Assembly (NCBI GenBank): GCA_017618015.1
Contig: JAFZVC010000025.1
Span: 166,374-230,373 of the forward strand
DNA from: Spirochaetaceae bacterium
Lineage (GTDB): Bacteria; Spirochaetota; Spirochaetia; Treponematales; Treponemataceae
Reading direction: 5' to 3'
Length of the DNA: 64,000 bases
Shown one piece after another: positions 63,326-64,000 of the stretch. The first letter of the stretch is position 1, and each line of letters begins with the position of its first letter. The notes beneath the pieces are model-generated. The model had not been told where the DNA came from and did not search any database. It worked only from the letters and a program-made list of their open reading frames with translations. The position numbers and the translations under genes were made by a program.

Positions 63326-64000
63326 TGTGGTGTGAAAGGCCAGATTTTAAATCCGGCAGCAAAGAGAAAATAAGAGATTATATCACATACTTTGAAGGTA
63401 CATGCGAGCTTTGCATTGGTAACCTTGGCATCCAGAAGTATTATAACGACGTAGAATCACTCATAGAAAACGAAACTCAGAACGATGATGAGATGAACAT
63501 GCTCCTGTACTATGTGTCTGGAGTTATATGCTATAAAGTTTCTAAATATGAAGAAGCTGTTGAAAGATGGAAAAAGGCAGAGAAATATGCCAGAAAACGT
63601 ACGGATGATGTTTTTCTTGCGAAGATATTTTCTTATTATGCAATAATATATTACATCGAAAAAGATTTTGACCGTTCCGAAGTATATTTTGACGAGTCGG
63701 CATCAATATTTGCGGTTCATAAAATGTATACGGAGCTTTCGCTCCATTACATCAACTATCTGTGGTACAAGAGGTATGATCCTGATAAAAACCAGGTTTC
63801 CGCATATCTTGACCAGGCGTTCTTTTACGTTCAGCTTTCCAACTCTGTAATGGACGCGCGTGTCTACCTTCATCTTGGTTATATCTACAAGACAATTTTC
63901 AACGATTTTATCCGTGGAATAGGATATCTTAATACTGCGCGTGATTTGTGCTGCAAGAACAACAATGTGGAGATGGAAAGCATGACGCTCCACACTCTTG
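63325..64000 (+). CDS. TPR-like protein, 3' end outside window (not in ORF track)
   Basis: ATG 63325 overlaps the preceding TGA (TGATG). The frame is open to the window end and reads MWCERPDFKSGSKEKIRDYITYFEGTCELCIGN...YKVSKYEEAVERWKKAEKYA..., with TPR-like repeats similar to the N-terminus of the preceding gene. Confidence 0.55.
   Translation, partial: MWCERPDFKSGSKEKIRDYITYFEGTCELCIGNLGIQKYYNDVESLIENETQNDDEMNMLLYYVSGVICYKVSKYEEAVERWKKAEKYARKRTDDVFLAKIFSYYAIIYYIEKDFDRSEVYFDESASIFAVHKMYTELSLHYINYLWYKRYDPDKNQVSAYLDQAFFYVQLSNSVMDARVYLHLGYIYKTIFNDFIRGIGYLNTARDLCCKNNNVEMESMTLHTL

Noticed and set aside
63703-63993. Minus-strand 96-aa ORF from the track.
   Set aside because: It is antisense to a longer plus-strand frame that is open to the window end, is translationally coupled to the preceding gene, and encodes recognisable TPR-like repeats.

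Overview
This looks like a chromosomal segment from a moderately GC-rich bacterium. The gene content resembles a spirochaete of the Treponema type: a short 598-aa AlaRS, stand-alone groES, a BspA-like LRR lipoprotein, a FliG paralogue, and a sigma-54 promoter in front of an RpoS-like sigma gene. The taxon is only a guess. I call about 57 protein genes, mostly housekeeping. They include a TrmB-like regulator-ddh-lysA operon, two MATE pumps, HtrA, hisH-hisF, and a murE / ABC-2 exporter / ddl-murD-PAP2 cell-wall cluster. Also present are recQ, alaS, nusB, groES, a group-2 sigma factor, recG, dnaE, an orphan beta-class DNA methyltransferase and TPR/GGDEF proteins. I recognised no rRNA, tRNA, CRISPR array, transposase or integrase. 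The stand-out is an AT-rich island of about 6.6 kb (roughly 40.47-47.03 kb) between groES and the sigma-factor gene. Imperfect direct repeats of about 65 nt sit at its left edge and, on the right, after the nuclease operon's terminator and just upstream of the last small ORF. The island holds two modules. The first is a truncated FliG-like protein (middle and C-terminal domains, no FliF-binding N-domain) translationally coupled to a 552-aa classical AAA+ ATPase. The second is a WYL-domain regulator followed by a tight three-gene operon: a PD-(D/E)xK-like protein, a NUMOD4-HNH nuclease and a second PD-(D/E)xK-like protein. The same CTATCA-N5-TGATAG palindrome precedes both modules, which suggests common control. 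I treat this island as a candidate undescribed conflict/defence (or flagellar-motor-targeting) system. Other notable points are a perfect sigma-54 -24/-12 promoter in front of the RpoS-like sigma gene, a modular family of GC-rich hairpin repeats (including a three-hairpin module with fully compensatory stem changes), and several consensus sigma-70 promoters placed so that the mRNAs would be leaderless. All domain calls rest on motif recognition by eye. No database search was possible.
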